Shown: piece by piece, positions 27,023 to 36,790 of the stretch | Layout of the letters: every line of letters starts with the position of its first letter | Position numbering within the stretch: the stretch's first letter is position 1 | Source of the DNA: a virus | Taxonomy: Duplodnaviria > Caudoviricetes | Reading direction: 5' to 3' (one strand) | DNA length: 64,000 bases | IMG/VR virus record: IMGVR_UViG_3300046167_000798 | Program-made: the position numbers and the translations under genes | The notes under the pieces: model-generated | What the model was told of the DNA's origin: nothing | Seen by the model: only the letters and a program-made list of their open reading frames with translations | Databases searched by the model: none

Positions 27023-27880
27023 TTAAGTCCATGCAGAACACAAACCTCTTTCTTTAAACTCACACCAATCACAAGGTTTACCTTTGTTGGTAGGAAATTC
27101 TGTTTGTATTATCTCACCATTCTCACCGAATACCGAATCAACAAATCCCATAAAGTTTTTCCAAGCCATATTCATTGAAGGTTTACCATTTGCTGGAACG
27201 AACTTAGATATTCTTGGTATAGGGAAATCTGCTCCTTCCCATAACTTTCTTTTGAGTATTTGATATTCTACTTTTATTTTATCCAAAGGTATATCATACT
27301 TTTCAGAATAGAATTTTTTGTATAATAACATCTGAGAGGTTTTTACTTTATCATTCTTTTGGTATTTGTTCCAACCTCTTGTTGAAGTTTTTAAGTCAAT
27401 GATAATATAATCTTGTGTAGTTTTATCTTTTAGAAGTACATCAATAAAACCAATGAAATGAACACCTGGTTTAATCTCAGCGTTCAATCTTTGTTCTATT
27501 GCTACGAGTTCAAATCCACTCTTAGTGTATAACTTATCTAATTTACTTGTAAAGTACTTAAGTATTTTCTTTCCATCATCAAAGAATTCTACTAATTCTT
27601 CTTGGGTACATGGGTCATCTTCACCCATCTTATCTTTGTACTTCATGAAATGTTCTACAAGTTTAGAATGTAACATCTCTTCTAGGTTTAGTTGTAATGC
27701 CTGTTTTTTAGTTACATTATACATCACATCTAAGAAATGTTGAATCACTTCGTGCATAGCAGAACCAAAGATAAGATGAATATTAGCGTTACTAATACCT
27801 AACTTATCAATATAATTTAATTTGTATTGTTGTTGGCATGAACTATACATACCATACTGAGAATAACTTACTCTTGCCAT
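27023..27880 (-). CDS. PD-(D/E)XK exonuclease, Cas4/RecB-like
   Basis: SYSQ..C, FGSAMH, GFIDV, IIDLKT, QMLLY, CDWC..C. Confidence 0.85.
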   Translation of the reverse strand: MARVSYSQYGMYSSCQQQYKLNYIDKLGISNANIHLIFGSAMHEVIQHFLDVMYNVTKKQALQLNLEEMLHSKLVEHFMKYKDKMGEDDPCTQEELVEFFDDGKKILKYFTSKLDKLYTKSGFELVAIEQRLNAEIKPGVHFIGFIDVLLKDKTTQDYIIIDLKTSTRGWNKYQKNDKVKTSQMLLYKKFYSEKYDIPLDKIKVEYQILKRKLWEGADFPIPRISKFVPANGKPSMNMAWKNFMGFVDSVFGENGEIIQTEFPTNKGKPCDWCEFKERGLCSAWT

Positions 27881-27885
27881 ACTTT

Positions 27886-28089
27886 TTATTTATGTGATTC
27901 AGTTGATACTCCATACTTCACTATATTGAAGTCTTCTAAACTTAGAGATTCCCACCAATCTAGTGATACCTCTTCATCATCTATGGATATAGAGAATTCT
28001 TTATCATAACCACCATCTTCTGTTTGAGGGTAAATTATTCCTTCTTTTGTGTCAAATACACTTCCTACTGATTCTAATACTATTAACAT
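27886..28089 (-). CDS. Acidic hypothetical protein
   Basis: 67-aa ORF directly downstream of a class A promoter. Confidence 0.65.
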   Translation of the reverse strand: MLIVLESVGSVFDTKEGIIYPQTEDGGYDKEFSISIDDEEVSLDWWESLSLEDFNIVKYGVSTESHK

Positions 28090-28123
28090 ACTTTTATATT
28101 TTAATTATCACTCATTTACTATG

Positions 28124-28155
28124 TAAATATACGAAAAAAAATCGAGACTGCCAAA
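28124..28155 (-). promoter_or_regulatory. Class A promoter (TTTG-N20-TATATTTA)
   Basis: Consensus match with exact 20-nt spacer. Confidence 0.75.
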
Positions 28156-28158
28156 TAT

Positions 28159-28608
28159 TTAAACCTTTAATTTTAACTTAGTTATTTGTTTTTTATCAAT
28201 ACCATATTTCTCACAAATGTACTTTATATTTTCCCTACCTTCTTTCGTTGAGTAAAGTATTTCACAATAATCTTCTGCCTCTCTAATTGAAGAATTAAAA
28301 TCTTCTTTTAATAAATCAATTAACCAAGATTCATATTTATTAGATTTTTTTCCTTTTGTATATTTTAAAAAATATCTACCTTTTGGAATTAATCCTATTA
28401 AAGCAAGATAAAGTTGTTTGGGTTCTAATACTTGTGTATAGGGTTGTATCTCTGAAAGAACCTCAATCCAATCAGGATTCATAGAAAGAAAACGATGAAC
28501 CATATAGTTACTCCATGTTTTCTTATCATCATCTTCAAGTTTATCCCAATACTTAGGGTCTTGAAATTGTGTTACTGCTTTTATATGGTCAAATAAAGAT
28601 TTAGCCAT
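28159..28608 (-). CDS. Clamp loader small subunit (T4 gp62-like)
   Basis: LFDHIKAV, NYMVHRFLSM, IPKGRYFLKY; near gp44-like gene. Confidence 0.75.
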   Translation of the reverse strand: MAKSLFDHIKAVTQFQDPKYWDKLEDDDKKTWSNYMVHRFLSMNPDWIEVLSEIQPYTQVLEPKQLYLALIGLIPKGRYFLKYTKGKKSNKYESWLIDLLKEDFNSSIREAEDYCEILYSTKEGRENIKYICEKYGIDKKQITKLKLKV

Positions 28609-28861
28609 TTTGTTTTAGTTCGTTTGGTAATAATTCTTGATTGATTTCACCACAATCACCACAAAGATATAATTCTACTGGTATGATTGCATCATTTTTT
28701 GTACCTGTAACTATCTTAGAAATCTTTAAGAACTTAGTACCTGGTATAAACACAGTACCACCACATTCTTGACATTTCATTTCTGTTGCCTTGGATAAAT
28801 CTATCTTTGGTTGTTGTGGAGGAAGTCCACCACCATCATTCATTCCTATAATTTTTGCCAT
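28601..28861 (-). CDS. Zinc-ribbon hypothetical protein
   Basis: CQEC...CGDC. Confidence 0.7.
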   Translation of the reverse strand: MAKIIGMNDGGGLPPQQPKIDLSKATEMKCQECGGTVFIPGTKFLKISKIVTGTKNDAIIPVELYLCGDCGEINQELLPNELKQNG

Positions 28862-28864
28862 AGT

Positions 28865-29146
28865 TTATTTATTTTTAATTTTATTAATAACTTTCTTTTC
28901 ATTATCCTTACCAATCTTTTCTGCTTTTTTTAATTCATCATCTGTAATTTCTTTACCTTGTTGTTTTAATGATAAAGAAGCAAATCTTTTAGTATGATAT
29001 GAACTGAGAGGTTTAGTGAATTGTTTTAAATACTCTGTTTTAGAATCTAAGTACTCTAAGAATCCTTCGAAATCTACTTTACCTAATTCATCTAATTCCT
29101 CATCACTAAGAGGATTATTTGGGTCGTATTTATAAGGTTGATACAT
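28865..29146 (-). CDS. Hypothetical protein
   Basis: 93-aa ORF after a class A promoter. Confidence 0.65.
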   Translation of the reverse strand: MYQPYKYDPNNPLSDEELDELGKVDFEGFLEYLDSKTEYLKQFTKPLSSYHTKRFASLSLKQQGKEITDDELKKAEKIGKDNEKKVINKIKNK

Positions 29147-29166
29147 AATATATTTTATTTACTATG

Positions 29167-29198
29167 TAAATATACGAAAAAAATACCAATTATACAAG
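29167..29198 (-). promoter_or_regulatory. Class A promoter (CTTG-N20-TATATTTA)
   Basis: Consensus match. Confidence 0.7.
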
Positions 29199-29498
29199 CA
29201 ATTTTGATAAAACTTTTGTTACTATTTCTTTGGTATTTCCAAATTCATATGCAATTGATTTACCATTTTTGAAAGCAACTAACATTGGTATATCTGTTAA
29301 ATCAACCAACTTTCTACTTTTTGGTGCATTATCAGGATTAATATACACAAATGGTATTTCTTTATGTTCATTCGAAACTCTTTCAAACTCTGGTTTAAGA
29401 ACATCACAATATCCACACCAATCAGTACCAAACATTACCATAAGTTTAGGCTGTGTTCTTAATAGTACATCAAGTGAATCTGTTTCTACTTTTATCAT
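29190..29498 (-). CDS. Thioredoxin
   Basis: WCGYC. Confidence 0.88.
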   Translation of the reverse strand: MIKVETDSLDVLLRTQPKLMVMFGTDWCGYCDVLKPEFERVSNEHKEIPFVYINPDNAPKSRKLVDLTDIPMLVAFKNGKSIAYEFGNTKEIVTKVLSKLLV

Positions 29499-29596
29499 AA
29501 TAAAGGGCCTGCACTACCACATTTGATTGCGGCTTTCATTCGTTGTTCTTCTAACCAAGTTAGATAGTTCCAAAGTTTCTTTAATTTCTTTATCAT
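29495..29596 (-). CDS. 33-aa hypothetical peptide
   Basis: Manual: MIKKLKKLWNYLTWLEEQRMKAAIKCGSAGPLL*; 4-nt overlaps at both ends. Confidence 0.55.
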   Translation of the reverse strand: MIKKLKKLWNYLTWLEEQRMKAAIKCGSAGPLL

Positions 29597-30543
29597 AATA
29601 TACCAACTATTTGAATTATACAACTCATAAAGGTAATTTCTTTATCTACTACCAATGCATCTTTGTGTTGTGATTCAGAAAGAATGAGTATAATATTTGA
29701 TGTATTTCCACTACCATAATCATCTACCTTTTCATATAAGAATGTGTAAAGTTCTGTAAAATCTTGTGTACGAGAATCAGCAACTGCTTGTCTAATGTTT
29801 TTCCACTTGTTAGGTTTTGAATCTTTACCCTTAAGAATCTCAACTACCTTTGATTTTAAATCAGAATCAATTACAGAGGTTGTATCGAGTTTTAATTGTC
29901 CTTTAGATGAATTTAACTGACAAGTATTAATAATCTTTCTAATATCAGGATATGAACTATCAATGATAGGTACAAGGTCTTTTGGTTGAAAACCTACACC
30001 TTCTTTACCTAAAATCTGTGAGATTTGTACTGCAACATCTTTTTTAGTTGGAGGTACAATCTGAAACTCTTGTGTTCTACTTCTAATTGGTGAGATTACT
30101 TTCTCAACATAATTACAAGTTAGGATAAATCTACAATGTCTTGAAAACGTTTCCATCAAGTTTCTTAAGATTGCCTGTGCATTTGGTGTCATATAATCAA
30201 ACTCATCAAGTATGATTATTTTCATATCTTTGAAACCAACAGTTGAAGCAAATCCTTTTACTTTATTACGAACTGTATCTACATTGTTTTCATCAGATGC
30301 ATTTATAATGATATGGTCACAATCAATTGAATTTACAATTAACTTTGCCAAGGTTGTTTTACCTGTACCTGCTTTACCGAAGAATAAAAGATGAGGGATT
30401 TCTCCACTTTCAAGATAATCCTTTACCTTATCCTTTAAATGTTCATTACCAACATATTCTGTTAGTTTGGAAGGTCTGTACTTCTCTACCCATAGAGAGT
30501 TGTTTACCTTCTTAGTTGTGTTATTATCCTCGAAAAATGCCAT
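29593..30543 (-). CDS. Clamp loader large subunit (T4 gp44/RFC-like AAA+)
   Basis: LWVEKYRP, GKAGTGKT, INASDE, ILDEFD, FILTCN, SR. Confidence 0.95.
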   Translation of the reverse strand: MAFFEDNNTTKKVNNSLWVEKYRPSKLTEYVGNEHLKDKVKDYLESGEIPHLLFFGKAGTGKTTLAKLIVNSIDCDHIIINASDENNVDTVRNKVKGFASTVGFKDMKIIILDEFDYMTPNAQAILRNLMETFSRHCRFILTCNYVEKVISPIRSRTQEFQIVPPTKKDVAVQISQILGKEGVGFQPKDLVPIIDSSYPDIRKIINTCQLNSSKGQLKLDTTSVIDSDLKSKVVEILKGKDSKPNKWKNIRQAVADSRTQDFTELYTFLYEKVDDYGSGNTSNIILILSESQHKDALVVDKEITFMSCIIQIVGIL

Positions 30544-30546
30544 TTA

Positions 30547-30771
30547 TTAAAATGTAGAGTTTTTTACTTCTTTACAAAAAGAACTTAATTTTTCTAATTT
30601 AGTAATGATAGATTGTTTTCTGTTTTCATCAATACCTCTTTTTGATTCTTCATTTAATTCATTAATGATATCACCTAATGATGAAGCCACCACATTCAAT
30701 CCATCCTCTTTTGAGTTAAGATAATGTTCAGCTATTCTGAACTTATTTGCTATTTCTTGTAAGTTTGCCAT
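30547..30771 (-). CDS. Hypothetical protein
   Basis: 74-aa ORF after a class A promoter. Confidence 0.65.
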   Translation of the reverse strand: MANLQEIANKFRIAEHYLNSKEDGLNVVASSLGDIINELNEESKRGIDENRKQSIITKLEKLSSFCKEVKNSTF

Positions 30772-30792
30772 TATAATTTATTTTTGTTTATA

Positions 30793-30824
30793 CAAATATA
30801 CGAAATTTATTTGGACTTTCCTAA
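30793..30824 (-). promoter_or_regulatory. Class A promoter (TTAG-N20-TATATTTG)
   Basis: Perfect -7 box, degenerate -33 box. Confidence 0.7.
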
Positions 30825-31352
30825 TAATTTCATAATTTTTTTTACTGTTTTCGGCCCAACCTCTATTTCATGATAGGGAACGTTGTTTTCTTCTAATACT
30901 TTTTTACACAATTTATCTATTTCAATTGATTGTTCTAACTTCTGAAATCTTTCATCATCATTGTGTATTGTTTCACCTCGTTTTAATAAGATATTGATAC
31001 TATCATATTTTTTATGTAAATCAATAACTAAATTATGGAAAGGTTCTCCATAAAATTCAGCAGGATATCCTTCTGTGTAATATCTGTGGTAAATGGTAGA
31101 AAATAAAATTGGTGAATCAATTATTATATAATCTACTTTACCATAACATTCTGCTATTCCTCTATGTTGGTTTGCAAATACATAAAGTTGGTCTGATATC
31201 GCTGGTATATTGTGGTCCCAAGCTAATCTTTTTGGGAACTCATAAGGATTATTACAACTTATGTGTTTCTTTTTGAGTTTGTAAGTGATACCATTTGCTA
31301 TTGAAGATTTACCAATACCTGGTCCACCGAATAAATTAATTAGTTTGCTCAT
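30807..31352 (-). CDS. NadR-type / AAA_28 P-loop kinase
   Basis: GGPGIGKS, EF, IIIDSP, RFQ. Confidence 0.75.
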   Translation of the reverse strand: MSKLINLFGGPGIGKSSIANGITYKLKKKHISCNNPYEFPKRLAWDHNIPAISDQLYVFANQHRGIAECYGKVDYIIIDSPILFSTIYHRYYTEGYPAEFYGEPFHNLVIDLHKKYDSINILLKRGETIHNDDERFQKLEQSIEIDKLCKKVLEENNVPYHEIEVGPKTVKKIMKLLGKSK

Positions 31353-32085
31353 TTTTAAATATAGGGATTTCTACCATTTTGTGTTTGTTCTGATGGTGAA
31401 ACTTTTGGTAAATATTTATTACTTCTTTTTGTCTTTCTGTTATAGGCCCTCCTTTATATTCCATAGCCCATTCTAATTCATCATATGTTGCACCAATTTG
31501 ATTTTCATCTGTTCTTCCATCATCCCATAAACCATCTGTTGGTGGTGCATCAATTATTTCTTGGATTATGTTTAAAGATTTTGCAAGTTCTCTAACTTCT
31601 GATTTCATTAAATCAGCTATTGGTGAAATATCTACTCCACCATCTCCATACTTTGTATAAAATCCGATTCCGAAGTCTTCTACTTTATTACCAGTACCAA
31701 CAACTAATCCTTTGTTCATAGTTGCTACATGATATAAGGTTGTCATTCTCAATCTTGAACGAGTATTTGCAAGTGCTAAATTATCATCTTCGTTTAACCA
31801 CATCAATTTAAATGTTTCATATGTTTGAGTTAAATCGAATTCTAAGTTAATAACATTATCAAGTTGCCCTAACCACCACATATGACTGTTAGCTCTTTTT
31901 AGTTCTTTTTCATTTTGGTGAATTGGCATTGAAACAAGAATAGTGGGTTTCCCTGTCATCGCACATAGTGTTGAAGTTACTGCCGAATCTATTCCACCAC
32001 TAACTCCTATAACAAAATGATTTAGATTTGAAGATTCTAAATAATCTTTTAACCAATCTTTTATTTTATTTCCAGTATCCAACAT
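31336..32085 (-). CDS. nadE: NH3-dependent NAD+ synthetase
   Basis: SGGIDS, NTRSRLRM, GTGNKVE, FYTKYGDGGVD, PTDGLW, DE.QIGATYDELE. Confidence 0.95.
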   Translation of the reverse strand: MLDTGNKIKDWLKDYLESSNLNHFVIGVSGGIDSAVTSTLCAMTGKPTILVSMPIHQNEKELKRANSHMWWLGQLDNVINLEFDLTQTYETFKLMWLNEDDNLALANTRSRLRMTTLYHVATMNKGLVVGTGNKVEDFGIGFYTKYGDGGVDISPIADLMKSEVRELAKSLNIIQEIIDAPPTDGLWDDGRTDENQIGATYDELEWAMEYKGGPITERQKEVINIYQKFHHQNKHKMVEIPIFKNEQTN

Positions 32086-32779
32086 CTTTTTTAAACCATT
32101 TTATGTTCCAAAAATATAAATAATTTAACAAGTTTAGTTTAATAAAATTCCAATAACCGAATTTAAGAAACCTTCTATTATCTTGTCCAATATATTCATT
32201 TACTATTTTAAATTTTGATTTTGATATCTGTTTAGATAACCAAAAATCTTCTGAGTTTTGTAAGGTTTCATCAAATCCTCCTAATTCATTAAATTTCTTT
32301 TTTGAAATTAAGAAGAAACATCCTGTACAAAATGTGATTGGCATTATTTTTCTAATCCAATCTAATATTTTATAAGTCCAAACTGATTTTTTATCATCAG
32401 ATGTAATTGATTTTTGTTTACATGAGATAATTTCATAATCGTTTAGATATTTTTTGACTTCTGTAATAACTTCTGAACCTTGTAATACAGAATCAGCATC
32501 CATAAAAAGGATGTAAGGGGTATTTACTAACTTAGCACCATTATTTCTACCTTTTGGTGTATGACCACCTTCTGTTAGTTCTATTTTTAATTTTGGAAAA
32601 TCATTTGATGCTTTATTAATATATTCTATTGTTTTATCTGTTGAATTTGCATCAGAAATAATAACTCTAGTTCCATTTATTTCCTTTTGTCTTGAAATTT
32701 GCCAAAGTGTATTGTAAATATATCTCTCCTCATTATAAGAAGGTATTACGATAGTTAATAAGTTATTGGTATTTTTCAT
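32066..32779 (-). CDS. GT2 glycosyltransferase
   Basis: IVIPSYNEE, LFMDAD, GGFDE, SED. Confidence 0.88.
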   Translation of the reverse strand: MKNTNNLLTIVIPSYNEERYIYNTLWQISRQKEINGTRVIISDANSTDKTIEYINKASNDFPKLKIELTEGGHTPKGRNNGAKLVNTPYILFMDADSVLQGSEVITEVKKYLNDYEIISCKQKSITSDDKKSVWTYKILDWIRKIMPITFCTGCFFLISKKKFNELGGFDETLQNSEDFWLSKQISKSKFKIVNEYIGQDNRRFLKFGYWNFIKLNLLNYLYFWNIKWFKKDVGYWK

Positions 32780-32786
32780 ATGATAA

Positions 32787-32816
32787 TAAAAAAGGGGGAA
32801 AATTAATCCCCCCTTA
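32787..32816 (-). terminator. Rho-independent terminator after the TonB-dependent receptor
   Basis: Minus strand GGGGGGA-TTAATTT-TCCCCC then TTTTTT. Confidence 0.8.
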
Positions 32817-32827
32817 TTTTATAAGTT

Positions 32828-35540
32828 TTAGAATCTTACTTTTAGAGAAGTATTGAACGTACGTCCAAATCCAAACCATACTGAGTTTCTAGTATCTACA
32901 CCATTCCATGTTTCTGAAGCATCTCCAGCATGAATATTAGTGTTTGATTCTGCAATATAGTAAGTATCAAACAAGTTGTTTACATTAACTCTAAATGAAG
33001 CATCAGAACCGAATAACTCAAATCTGTAAGTTGCTCCTAAATCAGCCAATCCATAAGATGGTAATTTTAAAGCTCCTTTGTTACCAGGTTGAGTAAATTC
33101 TGAATCTGTGATTGAATAATCAGCATATAATCCATCAACGAATCTATATCCCAAATCAACTCTTAATCCTTGAATTACTTCGTAATCTGCTTCAACATAA
33201 GATGTGAACTGAGCCGCATCTCCTACTTTAGCATCTTTCAAGTACAATGTACCTGTTCCGATTGATTGTTGATTATCATCAAATAATTCTGCTGAGAAGT
33301 CATTAGTATATCTCCAATCTCCGATTGATAACATACCTTTTAATCTCAACTTATCTGTTGGGTTATAAGAAGATTCAACTTCGATACCATTGTGTACAAC
33401 ATCGATATCTTTAAATTGAGCTGAACCATCTACACCTTGTTGGTTAGATAAACTTCTTTGAACGAATCTATTACCCCATACAGTAGAATATGCATTAACA
33501 TTAACTCTAAAGTTATTACCAATGAAACCATATCCTAATTCGAATGATTTAATTTCTTCATTTTGTAAATCTTCAGAAATTGTATTTCCATAGTTAGGGA
33601 ATACTGCTCCGAAGTTTGGTTGTCTTGAAATTACACCAGCATTAAAGAATACGTTTTGTTTATCATCAATGTTGTAGTTTGCACCACCTTTAAGATAACC
33701 TCCACCTTGATTCTTAGTATCTGATTCTGGATTACCTGGTTGGTCAAAGTAATCAATTCTTTGGAATGATTGATTAGAAGTACCTGCTTGTAATACAGCT
33801 GATACTTTTTCATTGTTATATTCAACTAAACCATTGAATCCTTGCCATCCAACTTTACCAACATTGTAATAATCTATCTTCGGTCCTCTGATACCTGTAT
33901 CATTGAACGGAGAAGCTTCGATTGTAGTGTTGATAATCTGACCAGCAGAATTCTTATTACCTGTTGAGTAATACCCATCTAATCCCATAAGATTATTTAT
34001 AGTTCTATAATGGTAACCTGTGTAGTTTCTTAAATCGATACCAACAGAGTATTTCCAATTTCCACTTTCATATTCTAAGTTAGAGATTGCTCCAACCCAG
34101 TCATGAGAGTTCATAGATGCTCTTCTTACAAGTGCACTTCTATTAACACCATCATCTTGGAATCCATTAGAACCAATTAACTGACCAGCGAATGGTAAAT
34201 CACCACTATAAGGGTCTGTATTTGCTTGATTGTATGCAACAACTGCATCAAAATCAATAAACCCTTCAGGAGTTCTTGAACCTCTACCGTTTTCTAAGTA
34301 GTGTTCAGTTAAAGTCTTTTCTGAAAGGTAAGATATCAGTTTCCGAGTTGTAGTAACTTCTACCTCTTGGACCTGTTCCACCACCTCTACCAGCTGAACC
34401 ATATAATGATGTAGCTAGTTTAAGGTTATCAGAAATATCCCAATCCCAATTCAATGTTGCTAATGGTTTGTTATAGAAGTTTCTTCTCATTGAGAATTCT
34501 TCACCATTTAAAACACCACCATTGGAATTCCATCTTCTATCAATTCCTTCTTCACCGAAGTTTTGGTAATCTCTAATAGAAACCCAAACATCTCTTTGGT
34601 GGTGCCATTGTCCAGCACCTAAGAAAGAAAAGTTAACAGAATGGTCTGAATCTTCAGGTGCATATCCTAACGCAAAGAAGTAAGTGTAACCTTCTCCTTT
34701 TGTGTTATAGATATAACCATCACCTTGCCACTTAGAAAGTAACACAGATGTAGCCCATCCATTATCAGATAATCCTGTTGATACAGAAGCAGTAGTTTTA
34801 AAGTACCCATCATTACCAAATGATTGTTGTACCGATGAACCTTTTTTAGCCTCTGCAGCTTTTGTAAAGATTGATACAGTTCCACCTACTGATGGTACTG
34901 CTAATCTCGAAGCCCCAAGACCTCTTTGTAATTGGATACCACTTGCAACATCAGTTAAACCTTGCCAGTTAGACCAATAAACCCATCCGTTTTCCATATC
35001 ATTAACTGGTTGCCCATTAATAAGGAAAGAAGTGTTTCTTTGGTCAAATCCTCTTAAAGAGATTCTTGAATCACCATAACCACCACCTTGTTTGGTAGCG
35101 TAAACTCCAGGAGTTTTATTCATGATTTCAGGAAACTCTTGGTTACCTACTTTTAAAGCAATTTCTGCAGGTGAAATAGTTGATACAGCAACAGGTGTTT
35201 CTCTCACCTTCGCAATATCAATTACACCAGAAGTTACTACAACCTCACCTAATTGATTTAGGTCTGGTTCTAAGTAGATTTCCATAAAATCATCCACAGT
35301 AGAAACAACAAATGCAGTTTCATACCCTAGATAGGAGATAATCAATTCTTCTCCGTTTTTAACATCGAGTTCAAATGTACCATCAAAACCAGTTACAACT
35401 CCATCCGCCGTTCCTTGAACGATGATGGTTGCTCCTGGTAGAGGGTCATTAGTTTCGATGTCTAATACTTTCCCACTAACTTGTGCAAAAGTAGTGATAC
35501 TCGTTAAGAGCATCAATCCAACTAATAATAGTTTTCTCAT
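32828..35540 (-). CDS. TonB-dependent receptor, Bacteroidota type (~903 aa after repairing one indel)
   Basis: Signal peptide; carboxypeptidase-regulatory-like N-domain (PLPGATII, DGTFEL); LGEVVVT; plug (PGVY, ISLRGF, LINGQP); C-terminal NVNNLFD..GRTFNTSLKVRF; extra T at 34311-34313. Confidence 0.9.
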
Positions 35541-35583
35541 AATAATTAATTTTTGTTAATTTAATTTAATTGTAACCTAATCT

Positions 35584-36654
35584 TTATAATAAATGTGGTT
35601 TAGCTTCGTTAATACCTGAATTAGTAACTTTGACATATGGTGGATTAAAATCTTCCAAATCTTTAGCGCCACCATAAGATAGTGCAGATTTCACTCCATC
35701 AATTAACCCATTCACTATGAACTTAACTCCGCCCTTGTAGGGAATGGTTGTAGATTCACCTTCTACGTTTCTGGTCTGTTGACCATGTGTTACTTTCGTT
35801 TCTAACGATGCAGAACCTCTATATCTCTTATAAAGACCTTTTTGAGTTTCAACAATCTGACCTGGTGCTTCATCAGTACCAGCGATTAATGAACCCAACA
35901 TAACAGAACTCGCTCCAATTGCTAGAGCTTTTGATATATCACCACTTGAACGAATACCTCCATCAGCCATAACGGGTGTTTTCGCAACAGATATTATATC
36001 TTCCAAACAACTTACATTCGGTACACCGAATCCTGTCTTAACTCTCGTAGTACAAAGTGAACCTCCACCGATACCGACTCTTAATCCATCAGCACCCCAA
36101 GATTCTAATTCTTGAGCCGCCTCTTTTGTAGCGATATTTCCAGCGATTATATCCACCTTATCATCAAGGTTATTTTTACACCACATCAACATTTTTTCAA
36201 CGTTTTTGTGATGGCCATGAGCTACATCAATAACGATAATGTTACAACCACTATCTACTAAAGATTTAGCTCTATCTTTATCACTTTCACTTACTCCGAT
36301 AGATGCCATAATTGGTATATGAGGAATTTCTGAATGCCAATTATCAACCATGACTCCCCATGATTCAAATTGGTTTCCCCATTCTTCGGAATAAATTCTG
36401 TGATATAGTTCTTTGATTATTTTTGATTGTTCTTGTATTGTATTAAATCGATGGATACAACCAACTCCACCGAGTAAAAATATTTTATATGCCATTTCTA
36501 ATTCACAAACTGTATCCATCGGAGATGCTACAATTGGATTTAGAATACCGTATCTTCGTGATACGAGTGTTTTTAAATTTATTTGAGTACGAGAGGGAAT
36601 TTCTGAGTATTGTGGTACTAACTGAATATCATCGTATGTTAGATAGTTTTTCAT
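35584..36654 (-). CDS. guaB: IMP dehydrogenase / GMP reductase family, no CBS domains
   Basis: LTYDDIQLVP, SPMDTV, DVAHGH, GIGGGSLCTTR, ADGGIR, MLGS, VEG; IMPDH vs GMPR not resolved. Confidence 0.85.
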   Translation of the reverse strand: MKNYLTYDDIQLVPQYSEIPSRTQINLKTLVSRRYGILNPIVASPMDTVCELEMAYKIFLLGGVGCIHRFNTIQEQSKIIKELYHRIYSEEWGNQFESWGVMVDNWHSEIPHIPIMASIGVSESDKDRAKSLVDSGCNIIVIDVAHGHHKNVEKMLMWCKNNLDDKVDIIAGNIATKEAAQELESWGADGLRVGIGGGSLCTTRVKTGFGVPNVSCLEDIISVAKTPVMADGGIRSSGDISKALAIGASSVMLGSLIAGTDEAPGQIVETQKGLYKRYRGSASLETKVTHGQQTRNVEGESTTIPYKGGVKFIVNGLIDGVKSALSYGGAKDLEDFNPPYVKVTNSGINEAKPHLL

Positions 36655-36776
36655 TAACTATTACTTTGATTCGTATTTGTTGAATAGAAGGTTATACTAT
36701 CTGTGGTTACAGTAGTATTTAAAAAGTATGGATTATCTTCGTAATTCGTAAAATTTATATTATAAGTTTCACTCAT
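36654..36776 (-). CDS. 40-aa N/T-rich hypothetical peptide
   Basis: Manual: MSETYNINFTNYEDNPYFLNTTVTTDSITFYSTNTNQSNS*; TAATG overlap with the guaB start. Confidence 0.5.
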   Translation of the reverse strand: MSETYNINFTNYEDNPYFLNTTVTTDSITFYSTNTNQSNS

Positions 36777-36781
36777 CTTTG

Positions 36782-36790
36782 TATAAGTAT
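36782..36790 (-). promoter_or_regulatory. Class B motif ATANTTATA
   Basis: ATACTTATA 5 nt upstream of ATG 36776. Confidence 0.45.

Noticed and set aside
27023-27880. CRISPR-associated Cas4
   Set aside because: No CRISPR array or other cas genes in the window; solo Cas4/RecB-like nucleases are common in phages
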